NCBI GenBank assembly: GCA_022653695.1
Contig: JALCSW010000001.1
Coordinates: forward strand, 53,979 to 117,978
DNA: 64,000 bases
Direction of reading: 5' to 3'
From: Bacilli bacterium
GTDB lineage: Bacteria; Bacillota_I; Bacilli_A; RFN20; CAG-826
In this document: positions 35,877-44,385 of the stretch, in pieces
How positions within the stretch are numbered: position 1 is the stretch's first letter
Layout: each line of letters starts with the position of its first letter
Position numbers and translations under genes: made by a program
The notes under the pieces: generated by a model
What the model saw: the letters and a program-made list of their open reading frames with translations, nothing else
Databases searched by the model: none
Told to the model about the DNA's origin: nothing

Positions 35877-38843
35877 ATGAACAAAAACACAAAGAAATTC
35901 GTCGTCGCCGCCTTGCTGGCCCTCACCATGGCCGGAACGGTTTCCTGCTCCTGCTCAAGCGTCGGAGGATCCTCGGAATCGAGCGCGGGAGAAAGCCAAT
36001 CGGCCGGAGCCTCGTCCGGAGAGGGAAGCTCCGCCTCTTCAGGCGCCTCTTCATCGAATGGCGGTTCGTCCGCCTCTTCAAGCTCGAGCGGCTCTTCTTC
36101 CGACTCGACCGGATCATCAAACTCGTCTTCGGGCACTTCGTCCAGCTCATCTTCCTCCTCCGGTTCCCCCAGCGGGGAAATCTCGCTCACGGGCGTCGAA
36201 GGCGCCTCGACCCCGAAAGGCCGTTATTTCGATCCCCTGAAGGGAGTCAGCGCGAAAGGAGCCGACGGAGCCGACATCACGAGCGCGATCGATATCTCCG
36301 GCAACGTCGACTACAGTATCGCCGGCGATTACCCTCTCGTTTACACCGTCTCGGATAACGGCAAGAAAGTCACCAAGAACCGGACCATAACCGTCACGAA
36401 CGACGGTTTGGGAAGCTATGCCCGCAAGAAAAGTTACGGCGAAGAAAAGACCGTCAACCTCGGCAAGGGATCGTATCTGGAAGGCAACAGCGACCTTATC
36501 GATTTCCGACCAGCCGACCCCTCGTTCGTCGACGACGAATTGATTGACGAAGCCCCGCTTCCGACCAATCGGTGGTGGAGCGGATTCGAAACCGCCAATT
36601 ACGGCGGGGTGACGCTCGCGGCCACCAATCCCCTTTACGTGAAGCTCAGCGCCGCTGGGGTCTCACTCACCAACAAAGGCACCGGCTTCACCCAGTATTT
36701 CACGGTCAACGACACCTTTGGGACCGCGCAGACCACCATGAGCCAATTCGCCCCCACCTTCAACGACATCAGCGTCGCCTCCGCCTCAATGGGATCCAAT
36801 CCCGTCAGCAAAGTCATCGGCTACAGCGAGAACTCCGTTCGCCTTTCCATGCGGAACAGTTCCGCTGGGGCCGATGAACTGGTGGCCAACCTCGTGCAGG
36901 GATCGCCTTTCGTCTTCTTTGAGAGCGATTCCCACACCATAAATTTGAACCTGCGCCTCGACGCGGTCACGAAACCCTATATCTTCTATGACCTCTCGGG
37001 CAACGTCATTACCGACTCCTACACCGGAGACGGCATCGTGATCGAACTGCCCCAAGCCCACTGCGGCTACGCGACGACTTATCCTAGCGTCGGCATCGGG
37101 GCCGCCCTTTATAAGGACTTCTATTACATCGTCAACGCCCCGAAGGGGTCCTCCTTCGCTTTCTCGCAACTCAAACACCCTTCAAATGAGTACAAAGACC
37201 ATGTGGCCATCACGCTCAACGGATCGAATTATCTCTCCGTGGGGATGTTGCCAAGCCTCGGCGAGGCAGGCCTCTACCATGCGGCCGGCTACTCCTTCAT
37301 CGACGCAGCCGATTCCTCATTCAGCATCGACAAGGCGAAAGCCGAGGTCACCACGACTTTCCGCGAAGCCGTGCAACATGTCGACGGCGGAAACGAAGAG
37401 CCCCTGCTAGCCCTGTTGCCGCACCAGTGGAAACATAGCGACGCCGCTTTGACATCCAGCTCTTTCAAAACCATGCGGGGAACCAATAAGGTACTTAAGG
37501 GCCGCACGTTCGCGACGACGAATGAGTTCCGGGGTCTTCTCCCCGGTTTCACGACCCCGCTCAACGGCGCCTTTAGCGCCGCGGACGCCAAAACCTACGC
37601 GACCAACTTGCTTAACGCCACCGTTCCGACGGGAAGCTTCGAAGAGGGGGGCAAGAACTTCATCGACGCCCCGGGGCCATACTGGAACGCCAAAGCGCTT
37701 TATCCCCTTTCACAAGCCATCTTGGCGATGAAGCAGCTTGGGGAGACCGAACTCACAAGCCAACTCGTCGCCCGCCTCAAGGACGACATGGTCGATTGGT
37801 TCACCTATTCGGGAACCGACGACGACCGTTTCCTCTATTACGACGAAGTCTACGGCACGATGTATTACAGCAATGACGATTTCTCGACCGGCAGCCGCCT
37901 TAGCGACCACCACTTCACTTCGGGATATCTCGTCTACGCCTCGGCCGTCCTCTCGATGGTCGACGGCTCCTTCCTCAGCGATTACGGCGACATCGTGACC
38001 CTCCTAGCCCGCGATTACGCTGATTACCAACGGAACGACGGAACCTATCCCTATCTCCGCTCCTTCGACACTTGGGCCGGCCACAGCTGGGCCGACGGTC
38101 GAGGTGACTTCGGGGATGGGAACGACGAGGAAAGCTCGGGCGAGTCGCTGAATTCCTGGGCCGCCGCTTACCTATTCGGAACGGTGTCGGGCAACCAAGA
38201 TATGGTCGACGCCGCCATCTATGGCTATGCGACCGAAATGGAATCCGTGAAGCAATACTGGTTCAACTACGATGGCGACAATTGGGATGCCGGCCTTTCG
38301 AACAACACCCACGTCGTCGGCATCGTCTGGGGGGCCAAGAACGACTGCGCGACGTGGTTCGGCAGCAACCCCGAATTCATCTATGGGATCCATTGGCTTC
38401 CCACGGGCGAGTATCTCACGGGCTACACCCTCGGCGATCAGGACGCCGCCACCTTCACGACCATCTATGACGAAATGCTCTCCAAACTCAATGGCACCAT
38501 CCGCACCTGGTGGAGCAACATGTGGGCCATGCAGGCCCTCATCGATCCCGACGGCGCCGTCAACGCCTTCGACAGTTCCAAGATCCTCGGCGACGATTAT
38601 CCGTATGAGCTCACAGGTTCGTACTGGATGGTGAACGCCCTCGCGGGTCTGGGCCGCAAGAGCCTCGACGACTATGCCGAGTTGAAAGAGGGAATCGCAG
38701 CCTCGGTCTACGAGAAAGGCGAAACGAAGACCCTGCTGGCCTATAACAGCACCGCTTCCGCCCAAAGCGTTCAGGTCGTGGTGAATGGGGGTGTCGTCAC
38801 CAAAACCATAGCCGCCAACAGTTACGCCAACTACAGCCTTTAA
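35877..38843 (+). CDS. GH81-family endo-beta-1,3-glucanase lipoprotein with Ig-like domain
   Basis: About 988 aa from MNKNTKKF. Lipobox VSCSC, Ser-rich linker, Ig-like/DUF5011-type domain. GH81-like motifs SDHHFTSGYLVYASAV and FDTWAGHSWADG...EESSGESLNSWAAAYLFG. Confidence 0.65.
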   Translation: MNKNTKKFVVAALLALTMAGTVSCSCSSVGGSSESSAGESQSAGASSGEGSSASSGASSSNGGSSASSSSSGSSSDSTGSSNSSSGTSSSSSSSSGSPSGEISLTGVEGASTPKGRYFDPLKGVSAKGADGADITSAIDISGNVDYSIAGDYPLVYTVSDNGKKVTKNRTITVTNDGLGSYARKKSYGEEKTVNLGKGSYLEGNSDLIDFRPADPSFVDDELIDEAPLPTNRWWSGFETANYGGVTLAATNPLYVKLSAAGVSLTNKGTGFTQYFTVNDTFGTAQTTMSQFAPTFNDISVASASMGSNPVSKVIGYSENSVRLSMRNSSAGADELVANLVQGSPFVFFESDSHTINLNLRLDAVTKPYIFYDLSGNVITDSYTGDGIVIELPQAHCGYATTYPSVGIGAALYKDFYYIVNAPKGSSFAFSQLKHPSNEYKDHVAITLNGSNYLSVGMLPSLGEAGLYHAAGYSFIDAADSSFSIDKAKAEVTTTFREAVQHVDGGNEEPLLALLPHQWKHSDAALTSSSFKTMRGTNKVLKGRTFATTNEFRGLLPGFTTPLNGAFSAADAKTYATNLLNATVPTGSFEEGGKNFIDAPGPYWNAKALYPLSQAILAMKQLGETELTSQLVARLKDDMVDWFTYSGTDDDRFLYYDEVYGTMYYSNDDFSTGSRLSDHHFTSGYLVYASAVLSMVDGSFLSDYGDIVTLLARDYADYQRNDGTYPYLRSFDTWAGHSWADGRGDFGDGNDEESSGESLNSWAAAYLFGTVSGNQDMVDAAIYGYATEMESVKQYWFNYDGDNWDAGLSNNTHVVGIVWGAKNDCATWFGSNPEFIYGIHWLPTGEYLTGYTLGDQDAATFTTIYDEMLSKLNGTIRTWWSNMWAMQALIDPDGAVNAFDSSKILGDDYPYELTGSYWMVNALAGLGRKSLDDYAELKEGIAASVYEKGETKTLLAYNSTASAQSVQVVVNGGVVTKTIAANSYANYSL

Positions 38844-38862
38844 CAGTTGAGCGAAAAAGATC

Positions 38863-38890
38863 AGCGCCACGAAAATGGCGCTTTTCTTTT
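38863..38890 (+). terminator. rho-independent terminator
   Basis: AGCGCCA-CGAAAA-TGGCGCT followed by TTTCTTTT. Confidence 0.75.
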
Positions 38891-38905
38891 ATTGTGTTAA
38901 CCGAA

Positions 38906-38925
38906 AAGCGAAATCGGTTTCCTAA
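38906..38925. promoter_or_regulatory. degenerate copy of the LacI-type operator (perfect right half GTTTCCTAA)
   Basis: AAGCGAAATCGGTTTCCTAA, flanked by GTTAAC...GTTAAC. Confidence 0.4.
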
Positions 38926-38977
38926 AAAACGTTAGTTAACATCGAAGAAACAAGTAACCATCAGCATTTTCAAATTG

Positions 38978-39015
38978 TGAAAGCGCTTATATTTTTGATT
39001 GCGAAAGCGCTTTCC
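38978..39015. promoter_or_regulatory. two tandem cre-like sites (TGAAAGCGCTTATA and CGAAAGCGCTTTCC)
   Basis: Both contain the GAAAGCGCTT core. The second overlaps the -35/spacer of the downstream promoter. Confidence 0.45.
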
Positions 39016-39027
39016 TTAATCTATACT
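38999..39027 (+). promoter_or_regulatory. sigma-A promoter TTGCGA-17-TATACT
   Basis: -35 at 38999-39004, -10 at 39022-39027. AGGAGG SD before ATG 39077. Confidence 0.5.
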
Positions 39028-39076
39028 TGCTTTGTATTTATGGGAGAAGTGCGTTCTCCCTTACAGGAGGGTTTCT

Positions 39077-41005
39077 ATGCATAAGTCCAAGAAACTGTTT
39101 ACGATTTTCTCTAGCGCGGCGCTGGCTTTGACGGTCGGCGGAGTCGCCATTGGCCTCAGCGGCGGCAACGTCAAAGCCGCCAACGCCGATGAAGTTGCCA
39201 CGATCGGTTCGCTAAGCGACTTCAACAGCGTGTTCGATGGAGGCGCCGGAAGTTCTGCCAAAGATATCACTTTGACGGCCGATATCGATTTGGGTGGCAT
39301 GTCTTTCGGGACAGCCAAAATGGCCGGTGAATATACCGGAACATTTGACGGGGGCGGTCACAAAATAACCAATTTCCTTGCCGGCGGAAATGCCGGTTTG
39401 TTCAACATTTCGTCGGGAACCATCAAGAATTTGACGCTTGAGTGCACCGCTAACGCCAATGGAACCTCGCCTCTGGCGTTCCAAAATAACGGCTCTGTCA
39501 CCGGGTGTCACGTCGTCGAAACGGTTTCATCCGCCTTAAACACCCTTTCAGGCTATTTCTGCAACGGAAGCGGAACGATCTCTGACTCCTACGCCCATTA
39601 CATATTCAACGCCTCCTGCCAAGGAACGAATACCGTATTTCCGTTCTATCGCGAAGGCTCGCCGACGATCACCGACTCCTATTACACAAAGAGCGACGCA
39701 ACGACCGGGATAACCATTACAGCAAACGTGGGAGCCAGCGAAACGGACCAGGTTTGCGGCGTGTCCGTTGCCGACAAAACCATAACCATGGGCGCCGATG
39801 AAACTCTTTCGGCTTCCACATATGGGTCGACGTATTCCGCGATCGCGTGGACGATTGACGATACGGGAATTGCGACGCTATCGAACGAAACGACCGACAC
39901 GGTTACCATTTCGGGCGTCTCCGCCGGCACCGCGACGCTGACATGCACCTATACATCGACTTTGGGAAGTTTCGCGAGTTCCTCGACCATCACCGTGCAA
40001 AACAGCTCGGCCGTTTCGGACGTAAGCGTTTCCCCCACATCAACATCTCTGTACACCGGGGCCACCACAACCCTCACCGCTACCCTGACCGGCAACGTTT
40101 ATGATCACGTCGCTTGGACGAGCGATGACGAAAGCCATGCGACCGTCGCGGGAGACGGCTTAACCGCCACCGTGACCGGCGTCGCCGCCGGCCCTGCCAA
40201 TGTCGCGATAACTGTTTACGATTCAAGCAACGGCGTCTTGGCGAGCGCCTCCTGCGCCGTGACAGTCAACGCCGCCGTGACGTTCGACTTCTACCTCGCC
40301 GTCAACTCGTCCTTCTCTTGGACCGCCGAATCGGCCATCTTCTACGGAGGCGGAATCACCGAAACCTCCTTCGATATGACCAATACCGGATATACTCTTC
40401 GCTTAAACGACGCCACCAACTTGAACACGCTGACCGAATATGACCTTTACTATCTGAACGTCAACGCTTCGGCCCTCGGAATGGTTGGCGCGACTGGCGT
40501 TTATGTCCAGGCCGGCAACGGTCAGAACCCCGGACGCTGGGGCTCGGGTTATAACGTCGATTCCTACACCAACGGTTTTGCGCTCTACACTCCTTTCGCT
40601 TCATCGGGCGCCCTTCAGAGCATCTGCACGGGTAGCGGGGCCAAAGAAGGCATCGATTGGGTCAACGGGCTTACCGATTGGAGAGACGGCAACGATTCGA
40701 TCTGCTATCTCCTCGATGGGGCGAACGAAACCAAGAAAACGACCATCCTCGATTCCTATAATGCCCTTTCGGGCGACGCGAAGACCTTCTTAGGGACCCT
40801 CACCGACGATACCGCCGATTACGATTCGACTTACGGCACCACGATTTCCTATCTAAGCGCCGCCGGAAGTCCCGCCATCGCCGTATTCTCCGAACTCCCC
40901 GACACCAAGTACACCGTTCTCTTCGTCACCGTCGGCATCGCCGCGTTGGCGGTCGGCGGTTACTTCATCGTCAGAGCCACGAAGAAAAGGAAAGCCAAAG
41001 ACTGA
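39077..41005 (+). CDS. surface protein with GLUG-motif domain, Big_2 Ig-like repeats and C-terminal TM anchor
   Basis: About 642 aa from MHKSKKLF. Signal peptide. GLUG-like segment FDGGGHKITNF...GLFNISSGTIKNLTLE. Two or more BIG2-like repeats (TISGVSAGTATLTCTY, TATVTGVAAGPANVAITV). C-terminus LPDTKYTVLFVTVGIAALAVGGYFIVRATKKRKAKD. Confidence 0.55.
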   Translation: MHKSKKLFTIFSSAALALTVGGVAIGLSGGNVKAANADEVATIGSLSDFNSVFDGGAGSSAKDITLTADIDLGGMSFGTAKMAGEYTGTFDGGGHKITNFLAGGNAGLFNISSGTIKNLTLECTANANGTSPLAFQNNGSVTGCHVVETVSSALNTLSGYFCNGSGTISDSYAHYIFNASCQGTNTVFPFYREGSPTITDSYYTKSDATTGITITANVGASETDQVCGVSVADKTITMGADETLSASTYGSTYSAIAWTIDDTGIATLSNETTDTVTISGVSAGTATLTCTYTSTLGSFASSSTITVQNSSAVSDVSVSPTSTSLYTGATTTLTATLTGNVYDHVAWTSDDESHATVAGDGLTATVTGVAAGPANVAITVYDSSNGVLASASCAVTVNAAVTFDFYLAVNSSFSWTAESAIFYGGGITETSFDMTNTGYTLRLNDATNLNTLTEYDLYYLNVNASALGMVGATGVYVQAGNGQNPGRWGSGYNVDSYTNGFALYTPFASSGALQSICTGSGAKEGIDWVNGLTDWRDGNDSICYLLDGANETKKTTILDSYNALSGDAKTFLGTLTDDTADYDSTYGTTISYLSAAGSPAIAVFSELPDTKYTVLFVTVGIAALAVGGYFIVRATKKRKAKD

Positions 41006-41022
41006 TTAGCCGCCCTTAATGG

Positions 41023-41059
41023 AAGGCGTTCCTCATTCAAAAAAGGGGAGCGCCTTTTT
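41023..41059 (+). terminator. rho-independent terminator
   Basis: AGGCGTTCC-loop-GGAGCGCCT (one G-U pair) followed by TTTTT. Confidence 0.65.
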
Positions 41060-41100
41060 CTAAACTCCGCATTCCCCCGCCAAGAGGTTACAATGAATCG

Positions 41101-41595
41101 ATGAAACAATCCCTCATCTCGCTAGAAGACCTAAGGGCCGCCGATCGAAAGAACGCCTGGCTCATCGCTTTCGAGGTTTTTCTCGTCATGGCGATGGGGG
41201 CCGCCACCGCTTTGATATACGTTTTCCAAAGCAGGGCCACCCAAACCATTTTCATTTGGGTAGGATCAATCATCTATATCCTCGTTCTAACCGTTTTTTT
41301 CTATGTTCTTTTCATGATGATCCGACCGCTAGGCAGTTACCGCCGCTTCATGAGGAAGGCCCTCTCCAAACCGCGTCCGCTCAATGACGTCAGCGTCCTT
41401 TCCTTGAGCAAGGAGAGGGAGACCTACAAGGGTTTTCCTTGCTTTTCCCTCCGCGTCAGGGAACTCGACGAAGGCACCGTCTGGAACGTCCGTTACGAAT
41501 CGTCGGCGCCGATCGACGTCACGATAGGCGGCGTCTACGAAATCGAAACCTACGATGAGGTCCTCTGCGCGATAAAAGAGGAGAAACGGCGATGA
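41101..41595 (+). CDS. hypothetical membrane protein (2 TM plus ~80-aa soluble domain)
   Basis: 164 aa. First gene of a chain of five ORFs all joined by ATGA overlaps. Confidence 0.45.
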   Translation: MKQSLISLEDLRAADRKNAWLIAFEVFLVMAMGAATALIYVFQSRATQTIFIWVGSIIYILVLTVFFYVLFMMIRPLGSYRRFMRKALSKPRPLNDVSVLSLSKERETYKGFPCFSLRVRELDEGTVWNVRYESSAPIDVTIGGVYEIETYDEVLCAIKEEKRR

Positions 41596-42257
41596 AGGTA
41601 GGCGTCACAAAAGAGAAAATCGGCGACTTCTTCACGAGTTATGGCTGGGTCGAACTGCTTCTTGCCATCGTGAGCGTGGTGGCCTGGTACTGGCCCATAA
41701 CCGCCATCGACCAAATCAGGAGCGACGAACGAATCAACTTCTTCATCGAATGCTATGGTTTCAAAGACGAGGAATTCCAAAACCAATTGCGGGATGATTT
41801 GGCCGATAGCGGGGTCGAGGAGGTCAACGTCTACTCTTATTCCCCGAGCGATTCCCTCATCAACAGCTATTACGAGGCCTTCGGAACCGAAAGCGACTTC
41901 CTCTTTCTCTTATCAAGCGACCTCGACACGATGTTCGAAAACCCCAACGCCGCTCTTCTTAGCGAATTCCTCGCTTGGGGGGACGCGCTGAAAGCGGAAG
42001 TCATGCCAAACTTCTCCGCCGCTTCGTTCTACGAGGTCGAAGGGGTCCCTTACGCCCTCAAGGTTTATGACCCTGAAGATGCCTCCTATAGCCAGAGGAT
42101 CGAGGATTTCGCCCTTTTCCATACCGAGATGAAGAGCGAGGCCGTCTACCTCCTCCTTAACGCGGCGACCCCCAATTTCGGTTCCTACGCCGACGGATCG
42201 GCGACCTCCAACGCCGTAGCGGCCTTATCTATGTTCATCGAAAGGTATTACTTATGA
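41592..42257 (+). CDS. hypothetical membrane-anchored protein (1 TM plus acidic ~190-aa extracytoplasmic domain)
   Basis: 221 aa, ATGA overlap on both sides. No recognisable family. Confidence 0.45.
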   Translation: MKVGVTKEKIGDFFTSYGWVELLLAIVSVVAWYWPITAIDQIRSDERINFFIECYGFKDEEFQNQLRDDLADSGVEEVNVYSYSPSDSLINSYYEAFGTESDFLFLLSSDLDTMFENPNAALLSEFLAWGDALKAEVMPNFSAASFYEVEGVPYALKVYDPEDASYSQRIEDFALFHTEMKSEAVYLLLNAATPNFGSYADGSATSNAVAALSMFIERYYL

Positions 42258-43072
42258 GAGAACGCAAACGAAAAGTCGAAAGAACGGAGGATGGCAACTT
42301 GCCCCGCACCCGCTGGCAATTGCTCAAAGACACGCTCCGCTGGCGGTTTTGGTCCCTCGCCGTCATCAGCCTCATGGCCATCGTTTTTTACGTCCCCTCT
42401 TTTGCTTGGATGAGTTTTGCCAGCATGTCCGGCCTCTTAGAAGCCGACAACTTCTACTCGATTTTGCTCACCCACGCGGTGGATGCCCTTTTGCTAGGCG
42501 TATTCGGCCTTGGGCAAGCCGGCCTTTTCTATTTCCTGAAGCGGCTCGCGTGGGGGGAAGGGGCCAGCATCCCCTCCGATTTTTTCGAAGGCATCAAGAA
42601 AAATTGGAAAGCCTTTTTCCTTCTTTTCTTCGTCATGGGGCTCCTCTATGCCGTTTTGGAGCTTAATCTGGCCTCCATCGCCAATTCCGGATGGGATTCC
42701 GTTGCCATCGGGGCCGTGAGTGGGGTGAGTTACGCCGTTTTCTTCCTTTTTGTGGCCGCCATCCTCATAACCCTCGTCGAAAGCGTCATCTACAGCTCCC
42801 GCCTCTTCTCCCTCTTCGTCAACGCGTGGCGGTTCCTCATCGGGGCTTTCCTCACGAACGTCCCCGTTTTCTTGGCCTATTTGCTGCCCCTCATCCTTTA
42901 CGAATCCATCCCCAGCTACATCGCTCAGTGGGTCGCCATTCTCTTCGAGGGGGTCTTCTATCTAGGTTTCAGCGGTTTTTTCCTCACCATCTATTGCCAC
43001 TCCCTTTTCGATAAGACCATCAACAAACGCCAATTCCCGGAAATCGTCCGCAAGGGGCTCCGCAAAGAATGA
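42254..43072 (+). CDS. YesL-like (DUF624 family) polytopic membrane protein
   Basis: 272 aa, ~6 TM. DUF624-like N-region (...FFEGIKKNWKAFF...) resembling B. subtilis YesL-type proteins found beside sugar ABC systems. Confidence 0.5.
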   Translation: MRERKRKVERTEDGNLPRTRWQLLKDTLRWRFWSLAVISLMAIVFYVPSFAWMSFASMSGLLEADNFYSILLTHAVDALLLGVFGLGQAGLFYFLKRLAWGEGASIPSDFFEGIKKNWKAFFLLFFVMGLLYAVLELNLASIANSGWDSVAIGAVSGVSYAVFFLFVAAILITLVESVIYSSRLFSLFVNAWRFLIGAFLTNVPVFLAYLLPLILYESIPSYIAQWVAILFEGVFYLGFSGFFLTIYCHSLFDKTINKRQFPEIVRKGLRKE

Positions 43073-44385
43073 GATACGAATTCCGCCTCAGCCAAATCGG
43101 CGGCCCTTATTGGGAGAAAAGAAGCCTGTCCGAAGGCGAAGGCGAGCCGATTTCCTTCGATCCGTCGAAGCCTCAGCAAACCATCATCGGCTTCGGGGGC
43201 GCCTTCACGGAAGCCGCCGCCCATGTCTACGCGTCGATGAGCCCCGCGCTGAAAAGGCAGACGATCGCCCTTTGCTTTGGGGAAGACGGGCTCCGTTACA
43301 ACCTCGGAAGGACGACGATCGGCTCCTGCGACTTCTCGCTCTCCCAATACGATTACGCGAGGAAAGACGACCTTTCGGACTTTTCCTTGCGCCACGACGA
43401 AAAGGAAATCATCCCCTTTCTTAAGGACGCCGAAAAAGCAAGGCCGCTGCGCCTATTGGCTTCTTCATGGTCGCCTCCCGCCAAATGGAAAACGAGCGGA
43501 AGCAAACTTCAGGGCGGGCGCTTGAAAAAGGACTGTTACGGCATTTACGCCGACTATCTCGCCAAATATGTCGAAGCCATGGCGGAAAACGGCCTGCCGA
43601 TCGAATTTCTCACCCCCCAAAACGAGCCGCTGGCCGCCCAAACGTGGGAAAGCTGCCTCTATGGACCCGCGGAGGAGGCCAAACTGATACTCGAACTGAA
43701 AAAGCGGATGCCGAACATCAAAATCCTGGCCTATGACCACAACCGAGACAAACTGTGGGACCGGGAAAAGGACATCTTCCGGAAACGCGAGGTCAAGGAG
43801 GCCGTCCACGGAATGGCCTACCACTGGTACTTCCCAGGTGGTCACGAGGAAATCGCCAAATGCCTGGCCTCATTCCCCGACAAGCCCCTCATCCAAACCG
43901 AAAGCTGCGTTGAGTTGCTGAACCTTAATCGCGCGGATCCCGCCGCCGCGATCGGGAACCCAGAAGGCATGAGGCGTTATGCCAAAGACCGCCTCGAGGA
44001 TCTTCGAAGCGGATCGTCCGGCTTCATCGACTGGAACCTTCTGCTCGACCTGAAAGGGGGGCCAAATCACGCCGGCAATTACTGCGAGGCGCCCCTCATG
44101 AGCGATGGGACGCGCTTGCTCATCAACCCTTCCTACTACGCGATCAAGCACCTTTCGCGTTTTATCGATCCGAATTCGCGGCTCATCGCCTCGGCTTTCC
44201 CTATGGGGATCGTCGGGGCGGCTTTCCTGAACCCCGATGGCGGCCTTTCCCTCGTGATGCTTAACGAAGGAGAGGGGAAAGCGGTTTCTTTATTCGTTGA
44301 AAACCACCAGTGTTCATGCTATCTTAATGGAAATTCCATCTGTTCAATACGCATATGGCAAGCCTTGAAGCAAACTGAAAAATGA
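43069..44385 (+). CDS. GH30-family glycoside hydrolase (beta-1,6-glucanase/glucosylceramidase-like), cytoplasmic
   Basis: 438 aa. GH30 motifs IGFGGAFTEAA, ASSWSPPAKWKTSG, TPQNEP (acid/base), DHNRD, nucleophile region QTESCV. The last ~25 codons run through the lacI promoter and look low-complexity. Confidence 0.75.
   Translation: MRYEFRLSQIGGPYWEKRSLSEGEGEPISFDPSKPQQTIIGFGGAFTEAAAHVYASMSPALKRQTIALCFGEDGLRYNLGRTTIGSCDFSLSQYDYARKDDLSDFSLRHDEKEIIPFLKDAEKARPLRLLASSWSPPAKWKTSGSKLQGGRLKKDCYGIYADYLAKYVEAMAENGLPIEFLTPQNEPLAAQTWESCLYGPAEEAKLILELKKRMPNIKILAYDHNRDKLWDREKDIFRKREVKEAVHGMAYHWYFPGGHEEIAKCLASFPDKPLIQTESCVELLNLNRADPAAAIGNPEGMRRYAKDRLEDLRSGSSGFIDWNLLLDLKGGPNHAGNYCEAPLMSDGTRLLINPSYYAIKHLSRFIDPNSRLIASAFPMGIVGAAFLNPDGGLSLVMLNEGEGKAVSLFVENHQCSCYLNGNSICSIRIWQALKQTEK
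44297..44339 (+). promoter_or_regulatory. sigma-A promoter TTGAAA-17-TATCTT followed by perfect 13-bp palindrome ATGGAAATTCCAT
   Basis: -35 at 44297-44302, -10 at 44320-44325, palindrome at 44327-44339. Lies inside the 3' end of the GH30 ORF, just upstream of the lacI-family gene. Confidence 0.45.

Noticed and set aside
38930-38975. GTTAAC...GTTAAC flanking of the degenerate operator copy at 38906, considered as a mini inverted-repeat element.
   Set aside because: Hexamers are too short and common (HpaI site) to call a mobile element. No duplication or other copies in the window.
40900-41005. Possible sortase LPXTG sorting signal (LPDTK...) in the BIG2 protein and METGS in the 18688 protein.
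   Set aside because: Neither matches LPXTG or known variants (LPXTA/NPQTN/LAXTG) convincingly. Kept only as a generic C-terminal TM plus basic-tail observation.
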